Below are positions 61,682 to 64,000 of a stretch of DNA of 64,000 nucleotides, in pieces. Each line of letters begins with the position of its first letter. The stretch's first letter is position 1. The stretch spans positions 55,926,001 through 55,990,000 of the forward strand of contig CM052816.1 of NCBI GenBank assembly GCA_028534125.1, written 5' to 3'. The translations under genes were made by a program, and so were the position numbers. The notes under the pieces were generated by a model. The model searched no databases. It had not been told where the DNA came from and saw only the letters and a list, made by a program, of their open reading frames with translations. The DNA is from Lama glama. Taxonomy: Eukaryota.

Positions 61682-63329
61682 TTAAATTGCTCTTGATAAT
61701 TATTTTAAACAGAGTTTCCCAGCACAAAATAGTAAGAGATAGAGGAGACTTAACTGTAATTTCTCCTAAACATTATGTGCTGTGAAGAATGCCCTCCAAT
61801 TACAGAAACATAATTCTGACAATCAAATATCTGCTGGCACATAGAAATAAAATGACAAGAATTACATTACAAAGATACCAAGTTTTCTTGATTTTCAGAT
61901 CTATTAAAATATCTGGATTTCTGAAAATAGCAATATTTCTGAAACCAGACTGTAGAATCACAATTGATGTTTGAAAAAAAATCTTAGCAGAGTATCTAGA
62001 GCCTTGATTTTTTTAATTAGCCTTGAAACTGTAATGTAAATTTAAATGAGGCAAAACTGTCCATCTCATTGTTAAAATGAGTTGTAAGCATTTATTATTT
62101 GTATTATATATGTGATAGAAAAGTGCTAATAATCCTTTTCTAATCTGACAGAGTAATCTTACAAGTATTTGTACAGTTAAGGACACAGAGATGTTAATAC
62201 AACATTAGTACCAAGGCAGCAAATAATCAAGTAAGACAACCAATCAGAATTGTAGATTTCTTTTGGTGATTATTTTTCATAGTACATGCAAAATTTTCTG
62301 AAGACTTTGGGAAAAGTTCTTTATTCAAATTATATCTCCAAGGATGATTGGTTACAATTTTACGTATTTTCATATAAGCCCCAGTATTGCACAGGAAAAC
62401 CAGAGAAATGTTCTGGTGTATTTTAAAGCCACAATTTCATTGACTAACCCTCAAAACAATAATCAAGCCAAAAGGTCAATTTTATTGGCCAAAAATAGAG
62501 AAAGGGTTGGAAAAAACTATCTAAAGGCAATTACATAGGAGCACATAGCGTTAACTGTTCATGGTACTAGTGACAAGTGTGCAGAAGACACCAAAACACA
62601 AAAACCAGTTTGTTAAAGTAGGAGGTCCATATGCTGTATAACAAAAGTAATTCATAAGAATTTTTAGACCAAGTGTGAAGAAGATTTAAACTCAAACTTT
62701 GATTATGGTACCAAAGAAAAAAAGTAGTGCATATATGTAAGCTGTTAATATTTACTAAGAAAAAAAGGAGTTGTTCACTTTACTTTTCTTTTATCTTAAA
62801 AACTTACAAACTGGTGATGCCTCTTCTATTGATGGCATCTCAGAGTTGAGGGAATATGATCCTTTTGTCGTCAAGATCTGATGTATGAACATAATGGTCC
62901 TGGCTCTAAAAATGTGTTGCCTTTTCTCAAGTTGGGCAAGGGAAATCAATATGGCCTGAGCAATTTTTGCAGATAGAAATATTTACCATAAACATGAAGC
63001 TAAATCACTGATTTTGATAGAATTATCTCAGGGCAAGGTATAGACTTTCTGATAATTAAAAAAACAAATACTCTTCAAGTAAATTGGAGCACTGTGGAAT
63101 TTTTTGAGACTAAAGACCTGAGGAGGGTTCTTTTCCTAATTCTGGCATTGCTTCAATAAAGCCCCTGAATGTTGTCATGAAGTCTACATAGATACTGGTT
63201 GCCTGTAAGTTCCTTAGTCAAATATGTAGAGCAAGTTGCATTTCAGTTCAGAAAAAAATAATATATTGACTCAAACTCCCTATATCCATTCATGATAGCC
63301 ATTCAAGCTTGAGCATGAATCCATGAATC

Positions 63330-63740
63330 ACAGAAACCTAAAACAACAGCGGTTTAAGGAAAGCAGACCCTTATTTCCATGTTATTCTCACTGTTTGGCT
63401 CCACAAAAATCCTGAGAGACCCAGGCACCTTCCATTTTTTTCCTATGACCCAAGTTGGTGGCTGGAGCTCCAGCCATCACATCTACATTCCGGGTAGTAG
63501 GAAGACAGGCAAAGAAGAAATGAGCAAAGGGCACATGGTAACTTTTGCCTAAAGAACATTCCCAGAAGCTCCCCCAAAATATTTCAATATATATCTATTG
63601 GCCAGCATTTAGTCACATGGTTATGCTGAGCTTCAAGGGATAAAGAGAAATAGTTTTATTCTGGGGGGCTAGAAGAGCACAACTAAAAATAGAAAGAAGG
63701 GAAATATGAAAGAAGGGAAATATAGATAATGACAGGGAAA
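63330..63740 (-). mobile_element. Old MLT1 (J/K-like) LTR remnant
   Basis: GAAACCTAAAACAACAGCGGTTTAA...GGAGCTCCAGCCATCACATCTACATTCC...TTGGCCAGCATTTAGTCACATGG. Confidence 0.6.
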
Positions 63741-64000
63741 CAGCATTCTCCCCAAACCTCTTAGCCAACACTATTAAACCTGGTGGTTGTTTGGTAATTG
63801 AAAAAAGTTATTTCAAATAGGGACTCAGACAGATACTTGCACATTAAGAGTATTTACCTTAAATGTTCCTTTCGACTTCTACCATATCAAAGTATGTTCG
63901 TTCATCACTTTCTTTGAGTGAGAGGCTGCTGATTACAGTCAGTCTTGCACTTGCTAAGTGGTTATCACTTTAGCTTCTTTGAAGAAAAGCCGAAGCTTCA

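Noticed and set aside
1..64000. CRISPR arrays, operons, prokaryotic or viral coding systems, NUMTs
   Set aside because: No spaced direct-repeat array, dense coding region, gag/pol/env ORF or mitochondrial-like sequence seen; the window is ordinary mammalian DNA.

Overview
Mammalian genomic DNA, very probably a camelid: four tRNA-Ala-derived vic-1-type SINE copies plus artiodactyl-style L1 3' ends. The window holds one protein-coding gene on the + strand, GCNT4 (core 2 beta-1,6-N-acetylglucosaminyltransferase 3, C2GnT3, family GT14). It has a CpG-island promoter at about 0.55-1.9 kb, three predicted non-coding 5' exons (ending 947, 1963-2013, 6754-6887), a single-exon 454-aa CDS (22445-23809) and a long 3' UTR that probably ends near 27.1 kb. 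The rest is intronic or intergenic sequence dense in transposon fossils (L1, L2, MIR, MaLR/ERV LTRs, MER DNA elements, SINEs), several nested with readable target-site duplications (TSDs). I found no evidence of a new multi-gene system. The most notable observations are a diverged ~130-bp duplication inside the GCNT4 intron, a SINE in the 3' UTR supplying extra poly(A) signals, a three-layer L1/LTR/L1 nest with a tail-less insertion, a SINE with extra bases between tail and TSD, candidate alternative promoters, and a possible ancient RT fossil near 62-63 kb. Repeat family names come from recalled consensus sequences, not a database search, and their boundaries are approximate.
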